Sequence record: NC_028999.1
Strand: one strand, 5' to 3'
Length of the DNA stretch: 64,000 nucleotides
Position numbers and translations under genes: made by a program. The stretch's first letter is position 1; the number at the start of each line of letters is the position of its first letter. A model generated the notes under the pieces. The model was not told the DNA's origin. It worked only from the letters and a program-made list of their open reading frames with translations, and ran no database searches. Below, in pieces: positions 52,580 through 61,846 of this stretch.

Positions 52580-53677
52580 ATGCAAATGCTTAAAGATATC
52601 TACAACCATTTTCGTACGAAACGTGTTCCCACCATGACCACGTTCCAAACCTTATTCAAGAACGGTGCAACGGTCATCCGTATTATCGATGGGGAGAAAA
52701 AGTTCTGGGTGTACGGTACAGGTGAGTTGATTGGCGACACCTACGAACTGTACTACTATTACATGAACGAGGAATACGATCGCGTAAAAAATGTAGTTAT
52801 CACTCCGTTGGATACACGAGCTTTCTTTGACTTGGATCTGGTAAGTGATTGGCCCAATGCCAAGGTTCGGGTACAGCATAATAGAGACGCCCAGGATGAA
52901 TTCATCCTAAAAACTATCTGTGAACGTAGTTTCGAGAACTGGCTCGTTAGTTCTGCCTACGTGAAGGCGTGGAAGACTTGGTTGGAAAAACCGTTGTATG
53001 AGCGTATACCTCGTGGCCATGGGGTTAAAGTGGGTAGTATCAGTAATCGTGACCTGTTTGCTATGTCCAACGTGGCTGATGGCGCAGACTACATTACCCT
53101 GTACGACTGTAAGGGTGAAATGTTCCAGATGCCGTATGCCATACTGGACTCGGACTTCTGGCATCATCACGAGGATAGCTTGGGCTATCCAGAATACATT
53201 CCATTGACCGTACCGCCCAAGCGACAAGCTTTGCATCACGATGATCCTCGTCGTTGGGTTGTTATCGAGCGTGTAACGGATCATGGACTGGATTACGCTG
53301 TACGTGGGCGCTACGCCGGTGAAGCGCTCCTGAAACCTACGGAAATCTTCAACATCACCATCGAACTAGATGGTCCTAACCTTGCTGGCCGTGATATCAA
53401 CCTCCAAGACATGTTGTTATTGGCTATTCTGCGTGATCCGTCCATGCAAGAGTTGGATCAGTTCCGAGTGTATCTAAACAACATTCGGATCAAGCATGCT
53501 GGGTTTGATGCTATCTTCTCTGCGTGGACCACCCGCCAGAGAGATAACAGTGAATGGCGTAATACTCATCCGTACATCTTCATCAAAGATAATGGTCGAC
53601 CTCAGGTTATCCATGATGAACGGACAGTGTATGTACGGTACGTTAATGCTGAAAGCGTGGAGACTGAACTTGATTAA
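52580..53677 (+). CDS. Hypothetical protein
   Basis: ~365 aa from ATG 52580 with aggag RBS. Confidence 0.7.
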   Translation: MQMLKDIYNHFRTKRVPTMTTFQTLFKNGATVIRIIDGEKKFWVYGTGELIGDTYELYYYYMNEEYDRVKNVVITPLDTRAFFDLDLVSDWPNAKVRVQHNRDAQDEFILKTICERSFENWLVSSAYVKAWKTWLEKPLYERIPRGHGVKVGSISNRDLFAMSNVADGADYITLYDCKGEMFQMPYAILDSDFWHHHEDSLGYPEYIPLTVPPKRQALHHDDPRRWVVIERVTDHGLDYAVRGRYAGEALLKPTEIFNITIELDGPNLAGRDINLQDMLLLAILRDPSMQELDQFRVYLNNIRIKHAGFDAIFSAWTTRQRDNSEWRNTHPYIFIKDNGRPQVIHDERTVYVRYVNAESVETELD

Positions 53678-54134
53678 ACGGCTATTGAAGAAACTCTTCA
53701 GGCCCGTTGATCCGTATGCTCACTACGAGAAGGAACTAAAGTTCCTCGCATCCTGTGATCCACATGGCCTGATTTTCAATCGTTGGATTGTCAAAGTTCC
53801 GTTGTGTGCTCTCCCCTACATGACACGAGTGGGGAAGATCTTCGGACCTGCTGTAGTGACATCCATCATCGCTAAGGTACATAACAGTCCGTTCCGTAAG
53901 GAGTTCTTTACGGACCTGGCCAACTGGTTAGATAGCCCAACGTCCATTGAAGTCTTCAACAGTGGGCATTACACTGATCGAGCTAAAGCCATCCATTTCG
54001 CTAGTTTCTTAGGCGGATACTGGAATGATTCTACTGACCAGTATTTATGGTACAGTCAATTGCGTTTTGGTTTGAGTTCGATGAGTGCGGCTAACGCTAA
54101 GATCCGTGTTGTTACGGAAGATCGTTTCGCATAA
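53670..54134 (+). CDS. Hypothetical protein
   Basis: ggag RBS plus TTG 53670 (MIKRLLKK...); followed by hairpin 54140-54165. Confidence 0.55.
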   Translation: MIKRLLKKLFRPVDPYAHYEKELKFLASCDPHGLIFNRWIVKVPLCALPYMTRVGKIFGPAVVTSIIAKVHNSPFRKEFFTDLANWLDSPTSIEVFNSGHYTDRAKAIHFASFLGGYWNDSTDQYLWYSQLRFGLSSMSAANAKIRVVTEDRFA

Positions 54135-54186
54135 GACCTACGCCCTTGACTTAGGTTGAGGGCGTTATGTCGCCTAGGAGAATCCA

Positions 54187-54603
54187 ATGAACAAAAATAT
54201 AGCCATGGCGGTGATGCTCCCCACCAGCCCAAATTCAGGAAACTACGAAAGTATTCGTCGTTCCAATGCTGAACCTATGGATCTGGAGGAGTATTACACG
54301 CGCCTTCATGAAACTCCGGAAACCAGTTCTCTACCAGAGAGGTTTGCTGAGGTGATCAGACAGCGGTATTCGACTCGCCGTGGTAAACGTAAGTATTACC
54401 GTAAAGAAGACCTCAATGACTTTGCTATTTGGTTGGCAGACTTCCGTTATTTCCTAATTGAGGCATGTGACGGTAATGAAGATCTTCGCATTATCCGGCA
54501 ACAATTCAAGGATCGTATGAAGACCAGTGAGAGGCGTAACTCTTTCTTCAAAGTCACCCGGATGCAGCAATACTTTAAGGAAGCAAAAGGGGACATTCGA
54601 TGA
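54187..54603 (+). CDS. Hypothetical protein
   Basis: 138 aa, taggagaatcca leader. Confidence 0.6.
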   Translation: MNKNIAMAVMLPTSPNSGNYESIRRSNAEPMDLEEYYTRLHETPETSSLPERFAEVIRQRYSTRRGKRKYYRKEDLNDFAIWLADFRYFLIEACDGNEDLRIIRQQFKDRMKTSERRNSFFKVTRMQQYFKEAKGDIR

Positions 54604-55031
54604 ACAGTACTCAAAAGGTACTCATCATTGATGGCGGTTCACTAACCACACAAATGACAGCGGCGCTGATCGCGACCTGCAAGAGAGAGTGTATCGAGAT
54701 AGAGGAGTACAAACCCTGTGAAAAGGGTTATCTACCTTATCCCGATTTAAGCGGTCTTAACCGCAACCTTATACCGTACTTTGAAACCGAAGAGTCGGGT
54801 GAGTACGACCGTGTGCCTACGTCCACTTACGAGAAGAGACAATTCAAGAAGTCGGACAAACAGCAAGAAGCAGCTGCATTGTGGCTAAAGACAGCCTATG
54901 CTTTAGACCACGCTAAAACAAAAGAAGAACGACACCACATTGTGAAGGGATACAAAAGTCAAAGACGTATTTTGCGTCTACAACACGCTGGGGTGATACT
55001 CACTCGTCTCCACGAGTGTACTTTGAAATAG
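54600..55031 (+). CDS. Hypothetical protein
   Basis: 143 aa, ATGA overlap with the upstream gene. Confidence 0.6.
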   Translation: MNSTQKVLIIDGGSLTTQMTAALIATCKRECIEIEEYKPCEKGYLPYPDLSGLNRNLIPYFETEESGEYDRVPTSTYEKRQFKKSDKQQEAAALWLKTAYALDHAKTKEERHHIVKGYKSQRRILRLQHAGVILTRLHECTLK

Positions 55032-55074
55032 TGGGTACCGCGTTGGTACTTCACGTCTGGAGGTACTAACCCCA

Positions 55075-55395
55075 ATGGAACTCCTGATACCCCTTAAAGA
55101 AGACAACGACTTCCAGGACGATATCTTCAAGTATGGGGATCTTTCTGGTTGCATCAGCGTCGTCGATAAGAATGGTAATAGTGATTATGACTACCAAGTA
55201 TCAGTTGAGGAAGACCGTGACTTCCCGAATGAATGGACGGTTGTAATCCAACAAGCCGTTCCGGATACCGCTAAGTTGAATCTTAAATTCAAGCGATATT
55301 GGTTTAAGTACAACTCTGTGTCTGGTCATTTTGCGGGCGAACCATTCTTCTACTCAGGATTGAGTAAAAGGCTAATCCGCGTCGAAGTGCCGTAA
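55075..55395 (+). CDS. Hypothetical protein
   Basis: 106 aa, ggagg RBS, followed by terminator 55404-55423. Confidence 0.65.
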   Translation: MELLIPLKEDNDFQDDIFKYGDLSGCISVVDKNGNSDYDYQVSVEEDRDFPNEWTVVIQQAVPDTAKLNLKFKRYWFKYNSVSGHFAGEPFFYSGLSKRLIRVEVP

Positions 55396-55526
55396 GGCAT
55401 AATAGCCTCCCTTCGGGGAGGCTTTATATTTCCCCTAGGTGAATCCAATGCCCCATCGTAAAGTTCTCAACAATATCATGGAGCTATAGTAGAACAAGGT
55501 ATGAGGTTATAACCAACAGGACTCTT

Positions 55527-55922
55527 ATGAGTACACGATTACACACCACCATTTTTAACTTACCGTATCACTACAAAGGCAAGTATTCAGAACGCTTTAA
55601 AGAGATGCGGGAGGTTGGTGTAGAAGCTCTGGAATTTACCGACATGGACATTGAGGGAATTATCAATGGTGATACCCAACGTGATCATGATGAGCTTAAG
55701 TTTTACAAAGAGACCTGGCTTGAGAAACCCAGGCACATCTGTTTCACAATCTTTGAGAAACGGCGCAACCGTATAGTTGTTGAACTCCATGTAGAACTCG
55801 ATAAGAAACGAGTCTACTGGGTAAAACCCCGCATGAGATGGGGACTGCCAAACATGATCGTCAAACTCAAAGTGATCCAAGACCTGTCTAAACAACAATG
55901 GATTGGATCAATGCAGGTGTAA
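55527..55922 (+). CDS. Hypothetical protein
   Basis: 131 aa, agga RBS. Confidence 0.6.
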   Translation: MSTRLHTTIFNLPYHYKGKYSERFKEMREVGVEALEFTDMDIEGIINGDTQRDHDELKFYKETWLEKPRHICFTIFEKRRNRIVVELHVELDKKRVYWVKPRMRWGLPNMIVKLKVIQDLSKQQWIGSMQV

Positions 55923-55924
55923 CC

Positions 55925-56344
55925 ATGACAGTACGAGTCGTAATTCCGTTGTACAAGGGCGTTAGAGGGAACTTGAAACAGTTCTTTTATTCTAGGAATG
56001 GGGAGTTTGATAAGCGATTCGTCTGGTGGATTACGCCGATCGCGTGCTATATGCCAGATGGTTTAGCTGTGGGCGAACTGAAAACTGTACCTACAGTTAG
56101 TCGCTATGAAGGGCAGATCGAATTCGAGGTATGGGATAAGCTGCGTAGAGCTACACCAAAGTTAGTAGCCAAGGTAAAGATCGACGCAGATGACGATACT
56201 TATGAAGTCGAGCTTGAAGACTATTACATGACTCAACGACTACAATTGGAATTTAATCTCCATCAGTCAAACACCGTACATGAGTCTCAAGCGTTCAGGA
56301 ACAAGACTCACCATGGCGATTGGAGCTACAGAGACAAGGTCTAA
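55925..56344 (+). CDS. Hypothetical protein
   Basis: aggt RBS plus ATG 55925. Confidence 0.6.
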   Translation: MTVRVVIPLYKGVRGNLKQFFYSRNGEFDKRFVWWITPIACYMPDGLAVGELKTVPTVSRYEGQIEFEVWDKLRRATPKLVAKVKIDADDDTYEVELEDYYMTQRLQLEFNLHQSNTVHESQAFRNKTHHGDWSYRDKV

Positions 56345-56640
56345 TGCGGTTGAAGAAGACACTTAAGCGTAGATGGCGCCGCTGGCGTCGAGAACACCGG
56401 GGACGGGTGTTGGAATCCATTTCAAGTTCCCTACCTTTTTGTCAACTAGAACCTAAGGCAAAGCGTATGTCAGAAAAACAAAAGAACGCCGAACGCATCG
56501 CTGACTTGGAACAACTGCTAGATACCCAAGCCGAGCAGATGACGCAGCTGTGCACCAAGCTTAGTGAGCAAGGGAAACTGCTTGCATCCATGGGTGAGCG
56601 TCTAGCTAAGCTAGAAAACGAATGCCGACTCGGACAGTAA
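56344..56640 (+). CDS. Hypothetical coiled-coil protein
   Basis: Basic N-terminus then heptad-like LEQLLDTQAEQMTQLCTKLSEQGKLL; hairpin 56644-56664 follows. Confidence 0.55.
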   Translation: MRLKKTLKRRWRRWRREHRGRVLESISSSLPFCQLEPKAKRMSEKQKNAERIADLEQLLDTQAEQMTQLCTKLSEQGKLLASMGERLAKLENECRLGQ

Positions 56641-56685
56641 TTGGGAGTCCCTTTGCGGGACTCCATTTATCCCTCTGGAGGAATT

Positions 56686-57378
56686 ATGATTTACATTGGC
56701 GTCATTGATTGGAAGAAGTTTACCTTTTTCTGTGCGGAACTGAAAACTCCGCAAATCAGCAAGTTCGTTGCCGAGAAAGGTAGTGATCTGTATAAAGCCT
56801 TCGACCAATTCATTCGCGACAATATCGAGTGGATTCCACAGACGGCTTATAATCGGGAAACTCAAGTCATTGTACGTGTAAGCTGCCGACCAAACGATGT
56901 GATTGAGAGCAGCTACAACTACATCGTCAACTCCGACCTGTACGGTTATAAAGGTCGTGGTGTAGTTACCGAAAACCCTGCACTGGCGATGGTTGAACGC
57001 TTCACTGAACGGATGGAAGAATCTTTCGAGGTGAAGCTGGTTGATGAAGCTAATCCGTATCTCTTCGGTTTGGACCTAGCATGGCGTCCGGAAGCTCAAG
57101 AGTGCATCATTCGTTACACGGCTACTCTGAATATCGAGAAGGCCTGGGTGTTTAGGGCTACTGTTTATAATCAGGCCATCCCGGAAAATGAAAACGCGCC
57201 TTTCGCGATGCTCCGTAAGAAAGAACTAGGTGCACCAGATACAGATTGGGAAGACGTACGCGAACTGACTGAAGCGGAGTTCAATGAAGAATTCGCCAGT
57301 CCTACCTCGGGTGAAGTCGATCGTGTTATTGACGATATTCCGGCAGAGATTCGTCCGGAAGACGTAAACCCAAAATAA
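56686..57378 (+). CDS. Hypothetical protein
   Basis: ggagga RBS plus ATG 56686; terminator 57386-57401. Confidence 0.7.
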   Translation: MIYIGVIDWKKFTFFCAELKTPQISKFVAEKGSDLYKAFDQFIRDNIEWIPQTAYNRETQVIVRVSCRPNDVIESSYNYIVNSDLYGYKGRGVVTENPALAMVERFTERMEESFEVKLVDEANPYLFGLDLAWRPEAQECIIRYTATLNIEKAWVFRATVYNQAIPENENAPFAMLRKKELGAPDTDWEDVRELTEAEFNEEFASPTSGEVDRVIDDIPAEIRPEDVNPK

Positions 57379-57428
57379 CTTCAGTGGAGCCTTCGGGCTC
57401 CCTTTTATTTCGACAAAAGGAAAATGTA

Positions 57429-58655
57429 ATGAGCTTTTTCAAAACCCTTAAAGATATTTTCTTCCCTGCTACGTTTTCAGAACGTGAAGAACTCAGTCGC
57501 GCCGAGATCCGGGCACAACACATTGCGGCTGAGGCAGCTGCTCAACAGGTATCGGTGGATGATCGTACCCGTCGAGAAAAAGCCGCATTAGAAGCACTCA
57601 ACGGCGACCTCCCTGTTGAAGTTTGCTATGGTGATGACATTATTGGCGTGTTCACCAAAGATGGTTATTTTGGAGCATATGACCGTAATACTTGGAAAGA
57701 AGTGGCTAGGGTAAAGGGCCTGAAGGAAGTTCCTTTCCAAGTACGCGATGTATTCATGACTCGAATCAGCGTAGTCAAGAAGGACACCACCCATACCCGT
57801 CAGCGCCCATCGGAACTCGAAGATGGATGGAAGCGAATCGTTAGCGCCTTTGATCACCTCGGTGTTAAAGTGGAAGTCGGCAAAAGAAAGGATGATATCC
57901 ATTGGATCCATCGCAGCTGGGAACACCTTAGTGCCAGAGAGCACTATAGCTTTATTCCCCAGGGAGCGGGTGTCCCTTGCCGTCGTAACGGTCTTTGGTT
58001 TGTGACGGGTTATGACACCGCGAGTAAAGAGCTGACCGTCGTGCGTTTAGAAGACGGGGTGATTGTGGACAAACGTACTCCGGCCGCTTGGGTATTCCAG
58101 GAACTGGAGTTCCAGAAAGATGAACTTGCCGATACATTGATTTGGTTCGATAACCCCATCAAGAAACTCAATGGCTCGATGGCCACTTACCTGATCTCGC
58201 ATCATGATGTTCGGGTTAGTCTGTATCCCATCGTAGATACCCAACTAAATAAACGGGCAGCATTCAGCTATTGGCGTAACCAGGGTTTGATGCGGTATCG
58301 CTTTGACTACGACGTAATTATCAACTTCAACAACCTCGGTATCATTCCTGGCGTAGATATCAGCGTGATGAAAGCAGAAGAGCTGATCGCTATGATTAAG
58401 CATTACATTCCTGCTACCGGGAATTGGATTGCAAATGGTGAAGTATGCCTGGAGCGCGTGAAGGTCAGTATCGATGGAGAGGTGTTCGATGGGGATCTGA
58501 GTGAAGCACTGAAAAGCAAGGATGTTGTACTGGATATCGATCTGGATCACGCTGAACTGACCGAAGAACAACAGCAAGTCATAGATCACCTACGTCGCGA
58601 AGAGTTCGATAAACAGGCTGTAACTTATACCTACCGCGGTAAGGTACTGGAGTAA
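57429..58655 (+). CDS. Hypothetical protein
   Basis: ~408 aa from ATG 57429. Confidence 0.7.
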   Translation: MSFFKTLKDIFFPATFSEREELSRAEIRAQHIAAEAAAQQVSVDDRTRREKAALEALNGDLPVEVCYGDDIIGVFTKDGYFGAYDRNTWKEVARVKGLKEVPFQVRDVFMTRISVVKKDTTHTRQRPSELEDGWKRIVSAFDHLGVKVEVGKRKDDIHWIHRSWEHLSAREHYSFIPQGAGVPCRRNGLWFVTGYDTASKELTVVRLEDGVIVDKRTPAAWVFQELEFQKDELADTLIWFDNPIKKLNGSMATYLISHHDVRVSLYPIVDTQLNKRAAFSYWRNQGLMRYRFDYDVIINFNNLGIIPGVDISVMKAEELIAMIKHYIPATGNWIANGEVCLERVKVSIDGEVFDGDLSEALKSKDVVLDIDLDHAELTEEQQQVIDHLRREEFDKQAVTYTYRGKVLE

Positions 58656-58716
58656 TAATGGATAAAAGGTATCGTTCCTACCTTTATATTCTGACCTAAC
58701 AACCAAAGGTACCAAC

Positions 58717-59088
58717 GTGATGCAATGTTTTACACACGTAACGCGACTTCTGGTTGTAGCGGCCCTTGTGGTACTGCCGTTGCAAGCAAAGTCAGCTGAG
58801 GTGGTTGATACGGATGGGATTTGTCATATGACTGCCCTCCTGGATCAGGCTACTGCCGAAGCACGGGATCGAGGTGATACCGTGAATCAGCAGCAGGGCG
58901 CCCTCCTCGCCCTTCAAAAAGGGTACGGCGTGAAGAACAAAGATAACGTTCTTTACAGCGTCTTACCGAAAGCGATACAAGAAGTCCGTAGTGTCTATCA
59001 GAAGCGACAGCCTCCGAAAGAAGCTTATGTGACTGCTTATAACGCCTGTATGTCAGACCGTTTCAACCGGATGGTTGCAGCGCAGTAG
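58717..59088 (+). CDS. Hypothetical secreted/periplasmic protein
   Basis: Signal-peptide-like RLLVVAALVVLPLQAKSA, two Cys; terminator 59098-59115. Confidence 0.6.
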   Translation: MMQCFTHVTRLLVVAALVVLPLQAKSAEVVDTDGICHMTALLDQATAEARDRGDTVNQQQGALLALQKGYGVKNKDNVLYSVLPKAIQEVRSVYQKRQPPKEAYVTAYNACMSDRFNRMVAAQ

Positions 59089-59267
59089 TATCATACTGCC
59101 TCCCTGCGGGGAGGCTTTATGTCATCTTAGAGAAAAGTTACCCTCCATTGAAATAACATGCACGCGTAGCAAGGAACAAGCTTTCGGCCATTCGTTCGAA
59201 GCTGGGCTGGATGTAAGCGGTATAAAGCGGGAGCCTTCGGGCTCCCTGCTTTTCCTTTTCTTTTTTG

Positions 59268-59304
59268 CCATTAAATTTTATTTCAAATCTATATTACGTC
59301 TTTG
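59268..59304 (+). promoter_or_regulatory. phiKZ-type early promoter (copy B of the identical 37-bp element)
   Basis: Identical to 40516-40552; TATATTAC at 59290-59297. Confidence 0.8.
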
Positions 59305-59335
59305 CTGAACCAACACTCAATCATTAGGGGTAATC

Positions 59336-60124
59336 ATGATCACGCTTAAAAAGTCGCTGACCCAGTGCACGCTGGATAGCTGGTATACCTTCATGGCTGA
59401 GAACAGCCTGTCTCGTTTTGATTGTCTGATTGATATTGGCTATCTGGATGAACCACTGCGTAAGATTCTGGAGAAGCACCCGATGTACCGTGGGGATGGT
59501 ACCATTCTCCTGAACCTGTCTGTGAATGCCTGTAAGCACATTAACTACAGAGGCGATGCATTTACCGGTGAGATCGGTCTTCAGGGTCGTCCGACTTCCC
59601 TGTATATCCCGTACCATGCGTTCGTTTCATTGCAGATTCCGCTGTCGGAAACGGCTACAGTAGAAGCCAGTTTCCCGATCTACGACCGACTGGTATTCGA
59701 TGCTCAGAACCCCACCTTCGTACACCCGTACGCTGAAGCTGGGCAACAATCGCTCCTCACTATTGCTCCTGAAGCTGTAGTGAAGTGGATGCACAATGAA
59801 GGCCACACTGAGTGTAATGTCCACAACGTCGGTGAGTTCATTAAGTACGTATGGCCTAATGGTGTACCGATGGAAGTCCAAGAATATTTGGTCGAAGAAA
59901 CCGCCAATATGCTCCGCGACCATCAAATGGCTGTACTGCAAAAGCAGTCTGCACAAGCTCCGGTTCCTTCGAATGACGATCGTATCCCGTTTGAAGAAGC
60001 TGAAATCAAACCCCTGCTGGAATTCCCTGATCTCTCGGCCAATAAAGTTGTTCTGCAACAGCCGGTGGCGTCGAAGTTCAAAGGCAAGCCAACCCTGACT
60101 CTGATTAAAGGAGGTAAGAAGTGA
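59336..60124 (+). CDS. sspB: SspB-like ClpXP adaptor protein
   Basis: N-terminus WYTFMAEN...GTILLNLSVNAC.HI......F...L.G.P..LYIPYHA resembles the SspB fold; C-terminus KGKPTLTLIK resembles the SspB ClpX-binding tail (E. coli RGGRPALRVVK). Confidence 0.65.
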   Translation: MITLKKSLTQCTLDSWYTFMAENSLSRFDCLIDIGYLDEPLRKILEKHPMYRGDGTILLNLSVNACKHINYRGDAFTGEIGLQGRPTSLYIPYHAFVSLQIPLSETATVEASFPIYDRLVFDAQNPTFVHPYAEAGQQSLLTIAPEAVVKWMHNEGHTECNVHNVGEFIKYVWPNGVPMEVQEYLVEETANMLRDHQMAVLQKQSAQAPVPSNDDRIPFEEAEIKPLLEFPDLSANKVVLQQPVASKFKGKPTLTLIKGGKK

Positions 60125-60390
60125 GTGCTTCTGTCGTTGTAGGTCTTCCGACTGTTCTGCTTAGTACCATTCTCACTGCTGGGGTACAAGGTCCTGCGGG
60201 TAATAGTCAACTGGCCCAGGACTTCGAGTCTAAGGAAGCTTGCTGGCAAGCAATAGGTGCAATTCAACAAGCAACAGGTACCAATGGCGTAAAAGTACAC
60301 CAGATCGAACAAGGTGTTGTCCTTGAATATAGTTTTGAGGGCAAGAACATCCGTCGTGAAATGGTTTGTGTTAGCAAGCACAAACAGTGA
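60121..60390 (+). CDS. Small predicted exported protein
   Basis: Hydrophobic N-terminus, FESKEACWQA...MVCV (two Cys); followed by hairpin ~60396-60416. Confidence 0.55.
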   Translation: MSASVVVGLPTVLLSTILTAGVQGPAGNSQLAQDFESKEACWQAIGAIQQATGTNGVKVHQIEQGVVLEYSFEGKNIRREMVCVSKHKQ

Positions 60391-60448
60391 ATGAGGGGAG
60401 TCCTACGGGACTCCCTTTATATCCCCTTCTCTTTTAGAGGCTTTAACA

Positions 60449-61201
60449 ATGAACCGACACAATTCCGAGGAAGTTCGCCAACTGATCGCCGATACGGCTG
60501 TGCAACTGGATACGCTGATGGAGAGTAATCACCTCAATGGCATCCGTTTCACTTTCGTGGCACCCAGTGAGGAGACCTTCAACGAACTGTCCAAGATCAT
60601 TCATGAAGTTGAAAACCTGGGTCACACCATGCGTGTGCTGCGTGGGTCTCTCCATGACTTCAAAGAAATCATGGACGCTCAAGACTTTATCGTCACCGCT
60701 GGTAACAGTTACGGACACATGACTGGTGGTCTGGATGGTGCTCTGGCTGATATCTATCCTGATCTGATCAAACGCGTTCCATCTACCATTGCTCTTAAGT
60801 GTCATGGCGAGCTCAATGTGGGTGATGGTGTACTGGTGCATCGACATATCCAAGAACCCATCTACGAGAAGATCGTGTACAAGGATCAATACCTGGTTTA
60901 CGTGCCGACCATGCGTACTCCACGTCGGTTGGCAAAAGGTAGTGATGTACCTTATCTGGCTACCCACAAGGCCCTGAGTCTGATTCGCCAAGGCCTGATC
61001 CAACATCCTACCTTCCGTAATGTGTTCATGACCCTCATGGGTACTGGCACTGGTAACATTCCCGTGAAGGTAGCAGTCGAGCAATTCCTGCTGGCTCTTC
61101 GGAAAGCTACTCGGATTGTCAATGTTAAGAAGCTGTTCGATGATGGTAAAGACGTCGACCATGAACTGGTTAACATTTGGAAAAGGTATGGCAATGAGTA
61201 A
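60449..61201 (+). CDS. Macrodomain (ADP-ribose-binding/hydrolase) protein
   Basis: DFIVTAGNSYGHMTGGLDGAL, GELNVGDG, LVYVPTMRTP, TLMGTGTGNIP. Confidence 0.85.
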   Translation: MNRHNSEEVRQLIADTAVQLDTLMESNHLNGIRFTFVAPSEETFNELSKIIHEVENLGHTMRVLRGSLHDFKEIMDAQDFIVTAGNSYGHMTGGLDGALADIYPDLIKRVPSTIALKCHGELNVGDGVLVHRHIQEPIYEKIVYKDQYLVYVPTMRTPRRLAKGSDVPYLATHKALSLIRQGLIQHPTFRNVFMTLMGTGTGNIPVKVAVEQFLLALRKATRIVNVKKLFDDGKDVDHELVNIWKRYGNE

Positions 61202-61589
61202 GGACAACGTGGGGTTAACGGTCGCACAGCGCAAGATTTACTTGGATGCGCTGGATCCAGTTATTCAAAAGATCGCATATGTCATCGATAAGGATCACAA
61301 AGGTTACGAGCCTGAAGTGCAGGTGAACTTAGCTAATCGCAGCTATGACATTATCTGCACGGAGTTCATGAAGTTCAATATGCAGCGTCGAGATGACAGT
61401 CCGCAATGGCAGTCGTTCTTCGACCAGCTCAAAGTGCCTCGTGAACTTCCCCCACGTGAGTCTGAGCAAACTGAGTACGAATGGCTGTCGATGGCTGCCC
61501 GTTCTCAGAAAGCCAAAGAGATGCAAGCAGCAATGAAGTTAGACTCTGTTGACAGAGACTACGTCAATACTTGGACGGGAAAAGTATGA
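61194..61589 (+). CDS. Hypothetical protein
   Basis: aaggt RBS plus ATG 61194. Confidence 0.6.
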   Translation: MSKDNVGLTVAQRKIYLDALDPVIQKIAYVIDKDHKGYEPEVQVNLANRSYDIICTEFMKFNMQRRDDSPQWQSFFDQLKVPRELPPRESEQTEYEWLSMAARSQKAKEMQAAMKLDSVDRDYVNTWTGKV

Positions 61590-61837
61590 GCGAAGAAGAT
61601 TACGTCGCATCTCAAATTCAACATGGTATTTGTCAGGAATTCCGTAAGGCTTACAAAGCAAAGATTGCTGTCTACAACTGCGAAGACATGCGAGTCAGCT
61701 TGGTCTACGAAGATGGCCGTGTTGAACACTACCAACTCCAACACCCGACCGTCGTTTGCGATCCCGATGCTAGTCGTATCGTAGATGTCACCTACGACTT
61801 CTCCATGATTGTCGGCAACAAACCAACTCTCCACTAA
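61586..61837 (+). CDS. Hypothetical protein
   Basis: ATG 61586 overlapping the upstream stop. Confidence 0.55.
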   Translation: MSEEDYVASQIQHGICQEFRKAYKAKIAVYNCEDMRVSLVYEDGRVEHYQLQHPTVVCDPDASRIVDVTYDFSMIVGNKPTLH

Positions 61838-61846
61838 GGAAATACA

